Shown here: one piece after another, positions 15,013 through 25,397 of the stretch | Position numbering within the stretch: position 1 is the stretch's first letter | How the letters are laid out: each line of letters starts with the position of its first letter | Origin: Rickettsiales bacterium | Lineage (GTDB): Bacteria > Pseudomonadota > Alphaproteobacteria > Methylaequorales > Methylaequoraceae | Length of the DNA stretch: 64,000 nucleotides | Assembly (NCBI GenBank): GCA_002689325.1 | Contig: NZFP01000003.1 | Location: 13,217-77,216 of the forward strand | Direction of reading: 5' to 3' | Translations under genes and position numbers: made by a program | Notes under the pieces: generated by a model | Databases searched by the model: none | The model's input: the letters and a program-made list of their open reading frames with translations, nothing else | Told to the model about the DNA's origin: nothing

Positions 15013-15327
15013 ATGAGAAAAAAGAACTATGACATACTTGACTTATATGAAAGTTATATAGTTGAAAACTATTTGATAGGAAAAAAAAATATTAGAGACA
15101 TAAGAAATACAATTAAAAAATATGGGTATGATTTATTTTTCAAGCCAATTGAAAAAATTACAGAAAAAAATATCAAATCTTGCTTAGAATCTAATGATTT
15201 AATAGGGAAAAAAAAAGAGTCAAAAAAATTGACAGTATATCTATATATTTTACTAAATTTTGCTAAAAAAAAGTCAATAATAAAAAATAATCCAGTTTCA
15301 AATATTTTATTTAAAATAAAAAATTAA
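15013..15327 (+). pseudogene. Truncated tyrosine recombinase (integrase) N-terminal SAM-like fragment
   Basis: 104 aa only. The ending LTVYLYILLNFAKKKSIIKNNPVSNI resembles the L..if.yA...g.i..NP helix of the phage-integrase N-terminal domain. No catalytic R..HxxR..Y domain follows, because the rhomboid gene starts 30 bp later. Confidence 0.4.
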
Positions 15328-15357
15328 GAAACTTTATTATTCTAAATTAAAAATATA

Positions 15358-16053
15358 ATGATACCCCTGAAGGACGAAAATAAAACCCAAAAAAAATGCT
15401 ACATCAGGCTAGTTATTTTAATAGTTTGTGCATTAGTTTTTTTTTCTCAAATACTATCTACTAACAATAATTACTGGATTTATTATTTTGGATTCAAACC
15501 GTTAAGTTTATTCCAAAATTTAACATATCCTTCATTTCCTGGCTATTTAACTCTTATAACCTCACTTTTTCTCCATGGAGGATGGATGCACTTTCTTGGA
15601 AATATGTTATATTTATGGATTTTTGCGGATAATGTTGAAGATAAACTTGGTGCAAAAAGATTTGTTTTTTTTTATTTGATATCTGGAGTTTTTGCTTCAT
15701 TAACACAAGCTTTTTTCAATTTTAATTCTGAGGTGCCCATGATAGGTGCATCAGGTTCTATAGCTGGTGTGTTAGGAGCTTATCTGTTTTTCTTTCCAAG
15801 AGCTAAAGTTTTGGTTTTAATTCCTTTTTTTATTTTTTTTACTGTTAAAGTTCCTGCTTATATTCTTCTTATTTTCTGGTTTCTATACCAATTTTTAAAT
15901 CTTTCTAACATTGACTCCTCTGTAGCCTGGTTGGCTCATATTGGTGGCTTTATTTTTGGTTATTTCTTTGCCGTCTTCAGTAAGAGTTACAATGTGGAGA
16001 AAAAAGGTAAAACAGTTTTTTTGGATAAGGACGATAAAGGTCCATGGGACTAA
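15358..16053 (+). CDS. Rhomboid-family intramembrane serine protease
   Basis: HGGWMHFLGNMLYLWIFADNVE, GASGSIAGVLGAY (catalytic Ser) and AHIGGFIFG (catalytic His). Confidence 0.9.
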   Translation: MIPLKDENKTQKKCYIRLVILIVCALVFFSQILSTNNNYWIYYFGFKPLSLFQNLTYPSFPGYLTLITSLFLHGGWMHFLGNMLYLWIFADNVEDKLGAKRFVFFYLISGVFASLTQAFFNFNSEVPMIGASGSIAGVLGAYLFFFPRAKVLVLIPFFIFFTVKVPAYILLIFWFLYQFLNLSNIDSSVAWLAHIGGFIFGYFFAVFSKSYNVEKKGKTVFLDKDDKGPWD

Positions 16054-16056
16054 AAT

Positions 16057-17202
16057 TTAGTTAAATTTTTTTAATATTTCTAATTTATTTTCATTTAAAT
16101 CTGGGGATTTTTTTACATTACTATTGATATCCATGAAGGAAAATTTTAGAGGATTACCTGAAATTTTTAAATCATTAATTGCATTAAAATTATAATCTAA
16201 AATCATCTTTCTATTTTTAACCTGTTTGTTTTTAATCACATCTTTAATATTGTTGATCTTTGAATGCGGAATTTTTTTTTTTGCAAAAACTTTACACCAA
16301 TAATCTGTTTTTTTTTTTTTCATTTCGGATTCAATATCTTTCCTGAGAGCCGAAAGGTTTCTATTTCTTTTTTCATTATTTTCATATTTTTTTTTTTTAT
16401 ATAATTTTTCATTTTTAATTGCGTAACAAAAATCTTTAAACATTTTATTATTTCCAACAGCTATTGCCAATATCCCATCTAAGGTTTTAAATGTTCCGAA
16501 TGGAGTTATTGACGGATGATCATTTCCAAGGGGACATGGAATTTTTTTTTCAACCGAATATCTAGCTATAGCATTTTCAAGAATTGCAACTTGGCAATCC
16601 AGCATACTTAAATCTAACCTTGATCCCTTTTTTGATTTATTTCTAAAAATAATTTGTGTCAAGACGCCAATTACTGCGTAAAGTCCAGCCACTATATCAC
16701 CTATTGACGAACCAACTCTGTAAGTTTCGTTTTTATTTTTCCCAGTAATACTCATTATTCCTCCCATAGCTTGAACTATCATATCGTATGCTGGGTTTTC
16801 CTTAAATGGACCTGTTTCACCAAAACCACTGATTTTTGTTTGTATGAGTGATGGAAATTTTTTTTTTAAAAAGCTAGAGGAAAATCCATACTTTTCAAGT
16901 GTTCCCGGTTTAAAGTTGTCAATGAGAACGTCTGAAATAGAGAGTAACTTTTTAAATAGTTTTTTATCTTCATCTTTTTTAAAATCTATTATTATGCTTT
17001 TTTTACCCCTATTAAGTGAAATAAAATATGATGATCTTTTTTTTATAAACGGACCAAACTTTCTAGAATCATCACCATCAGGTTTTTCAACTTTAATTAT
17101 CTCAGCACCAAGGTCTAATAATATTTGCGTCGCAAAAGGTCCAGACAGTACATTTGTTAAATCTAAAATTACAATATCACTTAGGGGAAGATTTTTATTC
17201 AC
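16057..17202 (-). CDS. Family III CoA-transferase (CaiB/BaiF family)
   Basis: N-terminus LSDIVILDLTNVLSGPFATQILLDLGAEIIKVEKPDGDDSRKFGP. Confidence 0.85.
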   Translation of the reverse strand: MNKNLPLSDIVILDLTNVLSGPFATQILLDLGAEIIKVEKPDGDDSRKFGPFIKKRSSYFISLNRGKKSIIIDFKKDEDKKLFKKLLSISDVLIDNFKPGTLEKYGFSSSFLKKKFPSLIQTKISGFGETGPFKENPAYDMIVQAMGGIMSITGKNKNETYRVGSSIGDIVAGLYAVIGVLTQIIFRNKSKKGSRLDLSMLDCQVAILENAIARYSVEKKIPCPLGNDHPSITPFGTFKTLDGILAIAVGNNKMFKDFCYAIKNEKLYKKKKYENNEKRNRNLSALRKDIESEMKKKKTDYWCKVFAKKKIPHSKINNIKDVIKNKQVKNRKMILDYNFNAINDLKISGNPLKFSFMDINSNVKKSPDLNENKLEILKKFN

Positions 17203-17249
17203 TTAAACATACTTTTCTTATATTTTATATCAGTGGAGTATATTTGTTA

Positions 17250-19835
17250 ATGATGAATTTTGAACTATTTAGTGAAAAAAGTAAAATTTTAATTAATGAT
17301 TCTCAGAATAAGGCTATTGAGAATAATCATCAGCAAGTAACTCCTGAACATTTGGTTACAACTCTTTTTGATCAAAATGATGAATATATTCAAAATATTT
17401 TAAATGATTGTAGTATCAATATATCACAAATAAGAAAAGAACTTGAAGATGTAATTCAATCTTTTCCTACAATTTTAGGCAATAACGTTAACATTTATTT
17501 TTCTAGTGAAATGGTGCAGGTTTTTCTTAAATCTAAAGATTTAATTAGAGAATTTAATGATGACTTTATTTCACCAGAGATTTTATTGTATTCTATTTTA
17601 AATTGTGAAAAAATTAAAATCTTTGATTTACTGTTAAAAAATGGCTTAAACAAGGATAAATTTAAACAATCTGTTTTTAAGTTAAGAAAGGGACAAACAA
17701 TAGGCAGTTCAAATAAATCAATAAATACTGATGCTTTAAAAAAGTTTTCAGTTGACATAACTGAGTTAGCCAGAAATGGAAAGTTAGATCCTGTTATCGG
17801 AAGAGAAGAGGAAATAAGAAGAAGTATTCAAGTTCTTTCAAGAAGAACTAAAAATAACCCTGTTCTTATAGGTGAACCTGGAGTAGGTAAAACAGCAATT
17901 ATTGAAGGACTAGCTTTAAGAATTGTTAATGACGATGTACCAGATTCTTTAAAATTAAAAAAAATACTTTCATTAGATCTAGGATTAATTATCGCTGGTG
18001 CAAAGTTTAGAGGAGAATTTGAGGAAAGATTAAAGGCAATACTCAAGGAAGTATTAGAAAATCAAAATTCAATAATTTTATTTATTGATGAAATTCACAC
18101 ACTTGTTGGAGCAGGCAAAGCCGATGGATCTATGGATGCATCAAATCTTCTAAAACCAGCACTAGCAAGAGGTGAATTACATTGCATAGGTGCAACAACA
18201 CTCAATGAATATAGAGAAAATATTGAAGCAGATGCGGCTCTAGCCAGAAGGTTTCAACAAGTATTAGTGGAAGAACCATCAATTGATGATACGATTTCAA
18301 TTTTGAGAGGTTTAAAACAAAAATATGAAGCATATCACGGAGTAAAAATACTTGATTCAGCAATTGTATCGGCTGTTGAATTATCAAATAGATATATTAA
18401 TGATAGGTTTCTTCCAGATAAAGCCATTGATTTGATGGATGAAGCTGCCTCGAGAATTAGATTACAAATTGACTCAAAACCTGAAGATCTTGATAAAATA
18501 GAAAGAAAACTTTTACAAAATAAAATTGAATATGAAAGTTTAAAAAAAGATGATGATAAAAAATCTACTGAAAGATCGAAGGACTTAGAAAAAATAATAA
18601 ATGAGCTCGAAAATCAATACAATAAGCTCAATCAAAAATGGTATAAGGAAAAAGAGAAAATAATTGAAATACAAAAAATTAAGTCTGAGGTAGATCTTCA
18701 AAGAAATCAGTTAAATATTTTACAAAGAGATGGAAAACTTTCAGAGGCTGGAGAACTAGCATATGGAAAAATACCTGAATTAGAAAAAAAGCTATCTCAT
18801 TTAGAAGAAACTAAAGAAAATACTGTTTTAAATAAAGAAGTAACGTCGAATGAAATAGCTCAAGTTATATCAAAAATTACTGGCGTACCTGAGGAAAGGA
18901 TGCTTGAGCAAGAAAAATATAAAATACTAAATATGGAAAAAATTCTAGCCAGTAAAGTTATTGGACAAAAAGAGGCTATTGAAAAAATTTCAAAAGCTGT
19001 TTTAAGATCTAGAGCAGGAATACAGGATCCTGATAGACCAATTGGTATTTTTCTTTTTTTAGGGCCTACTGGTGTTGGAAAAACAGAACTCACAAAAACT
19101 CTTTCTAATTTTCTATTCAATCAAAGTAATTCCTTTTTTAGATTAGACATGTCTGAATATATGGAAAAACATTCTGTGTCAAAATTAATTGGATCACCTC
19201 CAGGTTATATTGGCTTCGAGAGTGGAGGACTACTTACAGAATCCATTAGGAGAAAGCCGTACCAAGTTATTCTTTTAGATGAGATTGAGAAAGCACATTC
19301 TGATATTTACAACATTCTTTTACAAGTTTTTGACGAAGGAAGACTTACTGATTCGCATGGAAGAACAGTAAATTTTAAAAATACAATAATTATAATGACA
19401 TCAAATATTGGTGCAGAATTAATCAATTTTTCCGAGGATCAGAAAAATAAAATTGAAATTTTTACGCAAGAAAAAATACTTGATCAGGTTAAACAAACAT
19501 TTAAACCGGAATTTCTTAATAGAATTGATGAAGTAATTGTCTTTAACAGACTTTCAAAAAAGGAAATGAATAAAATTCTCAAACTACAAATCTCTCAAAT
19601 AGTCAATTTTCTTAAAATAAAGAAAATTCAAATAGAGCTTGATGAAAAGGCAGAAAACTGGTTGATTGAAGAAGGCTTTTCATCCTCCTATGGTGCTAGA
19701 CCACTTAGAAGAGTTATTCAAAATCAAATTGTTGATAAAATTGCACATATGCTAATGAGCAATGAAATAAATGAAAAAAATAAGGTTTTTATCTCAACAA
19801 AAAATAGTGAATTAGATTTTAAAATTAAAATATGA
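17250..19835 (+). CDS. clpB: ClpB protein disaggregase (AAA+ chaperone)
   Basis: Two AAA modules ([20 protein letters not shown]; [19 protein letters not shown]) and a middle coiled coil. I moved the start to the in-frame ATGATG at 17250 ([12 protein letters not shown]...). This gives 861 aa and removes the overlap with the convergently listed 5' extension. Confidence 0.93.
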   Translation: MMNFELFSEKSKILINDSQNKAIENNHQQVTPEHLVTTLFDQNDEYIQNILNDCSINISQIRKELEDVIQSFPTILGNNVNIYFSSEMVQVFLKSKDLIREFNDDFISPEILLYSILNCEKIKIFDLLLKNGLNKDKFKQSVFKLRKGQTIGSSNKSINTDALKKFSVDITELARNGKLDPVIGREEEIRRSIQVLSRRTKNNPVLIGEPGVGKTAIIEGLALRIVNDDVPDSLKLKKILSLDLGLIIAGAKFRGEFEERLKAILKEVLENQNSIILFIDEIHTLVGAGKADGSMDASNLLKPALARGELHCIGATTLNEYRENIEADAALARRFQQVLVEEPSIDDTISILRGLKQKYEAYHGVKILDSAIVSAVELSNRYINDRFLPDKAIDLMDEAASRIRLQIDSKPEDLDKIERKLLQNKIEYESLKKDDDKKSTERSKDLEKIINELENQYNKLNQKWYKEKEKIIEIQKIKSEVDLQRNQLNILQRDGKLSEAGELAYGKIPELEKKLSHLEETKENTVLNKEVTSNEIAQVISKITGVPEERMLEQEKYKILNMEKILASKVIGQKEAIEKISKAVLRSRAGIQDPDRPIGIFLFLGPTGVGKTELTKTLSNFLFNQSNSFFRLDMSEYMEKHSVSKLIGSPPGYIGFESGGLLTESIRRKPYQVILLDEIEKAHSDIYNILLQVFDEGRLTDSHGRTVNFKNTIIIMTSNIGAELINFSEDQKNKIEIFTQEKILDQVKQTFKPEFLNRIDEVIVFNRLSKKEMNKILKLQISQIVNFLKIKKIQIELDEKAENWLIEEGFSSSYGARPLRRVIQNQIVDKIAHMLMSNEINEKNKVFISTKNSELDFKIKI

Positions 19836-20707
19836 AAAAAATAGGTTTCATAGGTTTAGGAATAATGGGTAGTAACATTGCTTACCATCTTTTAAAAAAA
19901 TATAAGAACATAAACATTATTAATAGAAACTCAGTTAATACTAAAAAATTTCTGAAAAATTTTGCTAACAAAGGAAAAATTAATTTATTTGAAAATTATA
20001 AGGAATTAGCAGAAAATTCAGAGCTTATAATCTCTTGTGTTGGTAATGATAATGATCTTAAAGATATATATTTTAAAAAAAACAAAATTTTAGATGGTGT
20101 AAAAAAAAATACTATTATAGTAGACCACACCACCGCATCTTTGGATGTAACAATTAAACTTTTTAAAAAATTTAGGAATAAAGATGCTTTTTTTTTTGAT
20201 GCACCTTTAAGTGGTGGAGAAATTGGAGCAATTGAAGGTAATTTAGCAATTATGGTTGGAGGAGACAAAAAAAAATTTTCTACCTTAAAAAAATATTTAG
20301 ATTGTTATTATAAGTCAATAATTTACATGGGAAAGTCAGGTAATGGACAGCTTGCAAAAATGGTTAATCAAATTTGTGTTGCATCAATTATTCAAGGTTT
20401 AGCAGAGGGTTTAAATTTTGCTAAAAAAAAAAAACTAAATGTAGAGAAATTGTTAGAAGTGGTGCGAAATGGAGCTGCACAATCTTGGCAACTTGAAAAT
20501 AGATCGTTAACAATGTGGAAAAATCAATTTAATTTTGGCTTTATGAATAAGTTAATGCTTAAAGATCTTAAAATTTTATTAGAAGAATCTAAAATCTCTA
20601 ACATTAAGTTACCAATAACAAAGCAAATAAAAAGTTTTTATTTAAAGCTAATTAAAAAAGGCTATTCAAAAGAAGATACATCAAATTTAATAAGATTATT
20701 AAAATAA
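19832..20707 (+). CDS. NAD(P)-dependent 3-hydroxyisobutyrate dehydrogenase family oxidoreductase
   Basis: IGFIGLGIMGSNIAYHL Rossmann motif, and GKSGNGQLAKMVNQ. There is a 4-nt overlap with the clpB stop. Confidence 0.8.
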   Translation: MKKIGFIGLGIMGSNIAYHLLKKYKNINIINRNSVNTKKFLKNFANKGKINLFENYKELAENSELIISCVGNDNDLKDIYFKKNKILDGVKKNTIIVDHTTASLDVTIKLFKKFRNKDAFFFDAPLSGGEIGAIEGNLAIMVGGDKKKFSTLKKYLDCYYKSIIYMGKSGNGQLAKMVNQICVASIIQGLAEGLNFAKKKKLNVEKLLEVVRNGAAQSWQLENRSLTMWKNQFNFGFMNKLMLKDLKILLEESKISNIKLPITKQIKSFYLKLIKKGYSKEDTSNLIRLLK

Positions 20708-20708
20708 A

Positions 20709-21785
20709 CTAGATAATTTTGTCAGCTATTATAGTTTTAAGTTCTTCAATACCCTCACCACTTAGTGCTGACACATAAACTGATTGATTATTAAAAGAAT
20801 TATGGAATTTGTTAAGGTTTTTCATTAAGTCAACCTTATTAATAACTTCTATTATTCTTTCGTCGTCATCATAAATACCAATTTCATATAAAATTTTTAT
20901 CACCTCATTTCTTTGTTCTAGATAGTATTGACTCGATATGTCTCTAACATGAAGTATTAAATCGGAATAAATTATCTCATCTAATGTAGACTTAAATGCT
21001 TCAATAAGTGTAGTTGGAAGATCCCGAATAAATCCTACTGTATCAACAAAAAGAAAATTAACATTTTTAAAAAAAGACTTTCTTATTGTTGAGTCTAAAG
21101 AGGCAAAAAGCATGTCTTTAGATAAAACATTAGATTTTGTTAATTTATTAAAAAGAGTTGACTTACCAGAATTTGTATAACCAATAAGTGAAATTATTGG
21201 AACTTTATTTTTCTTCCTTCTATATCTTTGGTTATTTCTGCTTAAAATAATATTTTTAATTTTTTTTTTTAACCTGTTTATTTTTACTGTCAGTTGTCTT
21301 CTATCAGATTCAATTTGTTTTTCACCTGGTCCACCCATAAAACCAGCACCACCCCTTTGTCTTTCAAGGTGTGTCCATGATCTAACAAGTCTACTCTTTT
21401 GATATTCAAGACTTGCCAACATTACACTTAATTTTCCTTCGTTTGATCTAGCTCTAGAACCAAAAATTTCTAATATTAAATTTGTTCTATCCAAAACTTT
21501 ACAATTTAATTCTTTTTCAAGGTTTCTATGCTGAATTGGTGATAAAGTGGTATTTATAAGTAAAAGGTCTATTTTGGTATTAGTAGTTTCAAGTTTAATT
21601 TTTCTTATAAAGCCTTCATTAAAGTAAGTTTTTGAACTTATTTTATCCAAACCCACTAACAAACTGTCGACACAATTTAAGTTAATAGCTTTAACAAGGT
21701 TTACAGCCTCCTCAAGGAAGTAATCTTTATTTATTCTTTTTCTTTTTAAATAAGGATGAATTACTATAATGTCTTTATTATTCAT
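20709..21785 (-). CDS. hflX: GTPase HflX
   Basis: HflX N-domain (LILEIFGSRARSNEGKLSVMLASLEYQKSRL) and G-domain (GYTNSGKSTLFNKLT, DTVGF, NKVD). Confidence 0.9.
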   Translation of the reverse strand: MNNKDIIVIHPYLKRKRINKDYFLEEAVNLVKAINLNCVDSLLVGLDKISSKTYFNEGFIRKIKLETTNTKIDLLLINTTLSPIQHRNLEKELNCKVLDRTNLILEIFGSRARSNEGKLSVMLASLEYQKSRLVRSWTHLERQRGGAGFMGGPGEKQIESDRRQLTVKINRLKKKIKNIILSRNNQRYRRKKNKVPIISLIGYTNSGKSTLFNKLTKSNVLSKDMLFASLDSTIRKSFFKNVNFLFVDTVGFIRDLPTTLIEAFKSTLDEIIYSDLILHVRDISSQYYLEQRNEVIKILYEIGIYDDDERIIEVINKVDLMKNLNKFHNSFNNQSVYVSALSGEGIEELKTIIADKII

Positions 21786-22629
21786 AAATTTGCTTATTTA
21801 AGTAATCTTCTAATTTCTTCATCAAAGTTTTCGTAATCAAACCAATTTCTTTTTTATTAATAATTATATCTTCAATTTTAGTAACTGGAACAACACCTAA
21901 AGTTGTACTTGTTAAAAATGCTTCATTACATTTTTTTATATCATCAATATCAAATTCTTTTTCAATAACTTTTAAGTTATTTTTCGATGCAATCTCAATA
22001 ACACAATCTCTTGTTACTCCCCCAAGAATTAAATTATTTTTAGGATGGGTATAAATATGATTATTTTTTTTTACGATAAAGGCATTTGACGTAGTTCCTT
22101 CTGTTATTAGGTTTTTTCTTAGCTGCCAAACTTCAAAAAATCCTTTTTCAAAACCTCTTTGTTTATCTAAAACATTTGCTAACAAAGATATAGACTTAAT
22201 ATCACAGCGCATCCATCTTTGATCTTTTGTAAGACCAATATTCACGCCTTTTTTAATTTTATCCAAACCTCCTTTTGAAAAGGTAGAAATAACGATATTA
22301 GGTTCAACTTTATAAGGGAAAAGATGATTTCGTTTGGCCGTCCCTCTTGTTATTTGTAAGTATAAAAAACCATCATCAACGTCGTTTAACTTCAAAAGAT
22401 GGTGTATAATTATCTTTAAGGAGTTTTGATTACTAAATGGTATTCTGATTTGTAAATCAATTAGTGATTTACTTAATCTTTTTGAATGTCTTTCAAAGTT
22501 TAATAATTTTCCCTTGCGGAAAGCTATCACTTCATAAACACCATCTGAAAAGTTAAATCCTCTATCTTCAACTGAAATCGAAGCGTCAATATTATTTTTA
22601 TAAAAACCATTAATATAACAGAATGACAT
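21778..22629 (-). CDS. Class IV aminotransferase (D-amino-acid / branched-chain family)
   Basis: RGFNFSDGVYEVIAFRKGKLLNFERHSKRLSKSL and the fold-type IV pattern. It overlaps hflX by 8 nt. Confidence 0.8.
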   Translation of the reverse strand: MSFCYINGFYKNNIDASISVEDRGFNFSDGVYEVIAFRKGKLLNFERHSKRLSKSLIDLQIRIPFSNQNSLKIIIHHLLKLNDVDDGFLYLQITRGTAKRNHLFPYKVEPNIVISTFSKGGLDKIKKGVNIGLTKDQRWMRCDIKSISLLANVLDKQRGFEKGFFEVWQLRKNLITEGTTSNAFIVKKNNHIYTHPKNNLILGGVTRDCVIEIASKNNLKVIEKEFDIDDIKKCNEAFLTSTTLGVVPVTKIEDIIINKKEIGLITKTLMKKLEDYLNKQIYE

Positions 22630-24011
22630 TAAAAGAACTCTATATTTACCTCAGAATACTTTTCGATATCTTTTATTGATGAAGGAATAGAAAAAATTAT
22701 TAGCTTATCCTTTACCTGAAGTATTGTTTCTTCTTCAGTCAAAATTAATTCGTTATTTCTAACAACACCTCCAATAACTACTCCTTTCGGCATAGTGAGA
22801 TCTGAAATTTTTTTATCAGAAAATTTTGTGGTTGGAAGAATTTCAATTTCCATAATTTCACCACGATCATTCCCAAAATCATGTACTTCTCTAACTTTTC
22901 CTCGTCTTACGTATTGGAGAATTGCAGAGGTGGTAATATTACCTGGATTAATTAGAACATCTAAGGTTAATTTTTTTGATAATCTTCTATAGTTTTCATT
23001 ACTTACAATTGCCATTGATCTTTTGCATCCTAAATCTTTTGCTAATAAAGATGAAAAAATATTTGTCTCATCGTCGTCTGATACAGAAATAATCGCTTCT
23101 GCTCCTGATACACCAGCCTCTTTAAGAATTGCAGTATCTAATGCGTCACCATATAAAATAGTATTTTGGTTTGAAAGTTTAGACGAAACTGACTTAGTTT
23201 TTTCAAGATTATTATCAATTATTTTACAACTAATCTCAGGATAGTCTCTCTCAATTATCTTAATTATGTTAAAACCAACATTTCCGGCACCCACAATTAC
23301 AACTTTTCTATTTTCCTGTGATTTAATACCAAATACTCTTAATGCTCTTAATAAATCTTTATTTTTAATACATATATAAATATCATCTCCAGGGTAAATT
23401 TCTACTTTTCCAGTTGGAATAATGATTTCATTGTCTCTAAATATAGATAAAATTTTTACTTCTAACCCAGAAAAAATTCCTGGCAACATCCTTAACGGAG
23501 TATTAACAATAGGACAGGATTCATCTATGGACATTCCAATAATTCTTGCAACTTTATTACCTAAATAGAAAGAGTCAAATGCACCAGGAGTATTAAGTTG
23601 TCTTATAATTGCCTTAGCTACCTCTAGTTCTGGAGAAATTACGGCATCTAAATCAATTTTATTTTTAACAAAGAGGTTATCATAGTATTTAGGGTTTAAA
23701 AAACCTGACTCCTTAATTCTTGCAACTTTAGTAGGTATATTAAAGATAAAGTTAGCTAGTTGACAGCAAAGAATATTAGATTCATCTTCATCTGAAACGG
23801 CAATAATTATATCAGCTTCATTGGCTCCGGCTTTTTCGAGTATTTCAGGAAGAATTATTTTGCCGCATATACTTTTAAGGTCTAAAGTTTTATTCAAGGA
23901 TCTTAATCGTGACTCAGAATCATCTATTATAGTAACATCATTATCTTCATAAACTAGCTGTTTGGCAATATTAGCCCCAACTTCTCCAGCACCACAAACA
24001 ATAATTTTCAT
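22629..24011 (-). CDS. trkA: Potassium uptake protein TrkA (two NAD-binding/RCK modules)
   Basis: MKIIVCGAGEVGANIAKQL and a second VVIVGAGNVGFNI motif. Confidence 0.9.
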   Translation of the reverse strand: MKIIVCGAGEVGANIAKQLVYEDNDVTIIDDSESRLRSLNKTLDLKSICGKIILPEILEKAGANEADIIIAVSDEDESNILCCQLANFIFNIPTKVARIKESGFLNPKYYDNLFVKNKIDLDAVISPELEVAKAIIRQLNTPGAFDSFYLGNKVARIIGMSIDESCPIVNTPLRMLPGIFSGLEVKILSIFRDNEIIIPTGKVEIYPGDDIYICIKNKDLLRALRVFGIKSQENRKVVIVGAGNVGFNIIKIIERDYPEISCKIIDNNLEKTKSVSSKLSNQNTILYGDALDTAILKEAGVSGAEAIISVSDDDETNIFSSLLAKDLGCKRSMAIVSNENYRRLSKKLTLDVLINPGNITTSAILQYVRRGKVREVHDFGNDRGEIMEIEILPTTKFSDKKISDLTMPKGVVIGGVVRNNELILTEEETILQVKDKLIIFSIPSSIKDIEKYSEVNIEFF

Positions 24012-24017
24012 AAAATT

Positions 24018-25397
24018 TTAACTATCTGAATTAATTTTAAGTGACTTTAACTTTCTATAAAGCGCGGTTCTTTCCATTCCAATTTTTGAAGATACTTGTG
24101 ATATATTATTATTATATTTTTTTAAGTTATAGATTAAATAATTTTTTTCAAAAGATTCTCTCGCTTGTTTTATATTATAATCTAAGTATTCAAAGTTTTG
24201 TTTTTTTTCAATTTGACTTCCCTCATTTAAAAAACCATTAAGTAAATTAATTACTCTTTTTTTAGTTATTTTTTTACTTTTACTTTCAGATAACATAAAA
24301 ACACTCCACTCAATAAATTTCTTTAATTGTGCAATACTATTAACACAAATTAATTCAGAAAAGAATAGAATAGCATCATTTGAAACGTTTTCTATATGGA
24401 TTTTATGAAAACCTAAAGATGAGCTTAGAAATTCATTCACAAGAGCATTTATATCCTCAGATCTTTGTTTAATTGATGGCACAATGATTTCAAAAAAATT
24501 AATTTTGTTTAAAAGATCATTTCTAAATGTATTACATCTTTTAAAATCATTTAATGGCATTTTTGAAGAGGAAATAACCCTAAAATCAACATTATTAGGA
24601 CTAACACTTCCTATCCTGTAATACTTTTTTTCTTCTAAAACTCTTAAAAATTTACCTTGAATTTTTGAATTCATTTTGTCAATATTTTTTATAAATAATG
24701 AACCACCGTTGACTTCCCCAAGTATACCTAACGATTTTATTATACCTTTTTCCTCATTTCCAAATAATTCATTTTCAGTTTTAATTCTATCCATTACAGA
24801 AAAATCTACTACTTTAAATCTTTTATTATATCTATTTGATTCGAAATGAATTTTTCTAGCTAAAAACTCTCTTCCACTTCCTTCTAAACCACTCAGTAAA
24901 ATTGAAGAGTCTGTTTTTGATATTTTATTGAGAGAATTTAATACCTTCTTTGATGCTTCTGAGTTTGCAATATAATTGTTATCTTTTGATTGATAAAAAT
25001 TATTAACTCTATTTTTTAAATCATAATTTTCCAAGCCTTTTGAAACTTTAAAAATCAATAAATCTCCATCTAGTGGTTTTTCGATAAAGTCGTAGGCACC
25101 TTTTTTAATAGAACTAACTGCAGTTTCTATATTACCATGACCACTTATCATTATTATCGGAACAGTTTCACTTTGTTCTTTAATTTTTTCAAGAGTTTGA
25201 AAACCATCAAATTTTGAATCGTTTAACCAAATATCAAGGATAACAAGTGAATACGTGTTTTTTTTAAATTCTTTAATTCCTTCCTCAGAGGACACACAAT
25301 ATTTTGTTCTAAACCCTCTATCATTTAATAAGCCAGATATTTGTTGGCAAATATCAACTTCATCATCAATTATTAATATTTTTCCCTCAATGTTCAT
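24018..25397 (-). CDS. ntrX: NtrX-type response regulator (receiver + degenerate AAA+ + HTH)
   Basis: Receiver KILIIDDEVDI...LVILDIWL. The AAA+-like region has GLEGSGRE and LFIKNID in place of Walker A/B, and there is no GAFTGA. It sits downstream of ntrY in the conserved dusB-ntrBC-ntrYX-trkA order. Confidence 0.8.
   Translation of the reverse strand: MNIEGKILIIDDEVDICQQISGLLNDRGFRTKYCVSSEEGIKEFKKNTYSLVILDIWLNDSKFDGFQTLEKIKEQSETVPIIMISGHGNIETAVSSIKKGAYDFIEKPLDGDLLIFKVSKGLENYDLKNRVNNFYQSKDNNYIANSEASKKVLNSLNKISKTDSSILLSGLEGSGREFLARKIHFESNRYNKRFKVVDFSVMDRIKTENELFGNEEKGIIKSLGILGEVNGGSLFIKNIDKMNSKIQGKFLRVLEEKKYYRIGSVSPNNVDFRVISSSKMPLNDFKRCNTFRNDLLNKINFFEIIVPSIKQRSEDINALVNEFLSSSLGFHKIHIENVSNDAILFFSELICVNSIAQLKKFIEWSVFMLSESKSKKITKKRVINLLNGFLNEGSQIEKKQNFEYLDYNIKQARESFEKNYLIYNLKKYNNNISQVSSKIGMERTALYRKLKSLKINSDS

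Noticed and set aside
17196-17223. Sigma-32 type heat-shock promoter upstream of clpB (CTTATAT resembles the alphaproteobacterial -10 CYTATNT)
   Set aside because: No CTTG -35 element lies at the required ~17-nt spacing. The nearest CTTA is 11 nt away. In sequence this AT-rich the -10 match alone is not meaningful.
17154-17249. The 5' extension of clpB listed in the track, overlapping the CoA-transferase gene
   Set aside because: The extension translates to non-conserved sequence (MLNLKLQYHLGEDFYSLKHTFLIFYISGVYLL). It also overlaps the divergently oriented neighbouring gene. The ClpB N-domain homology begins at the ATGATG at 17250.
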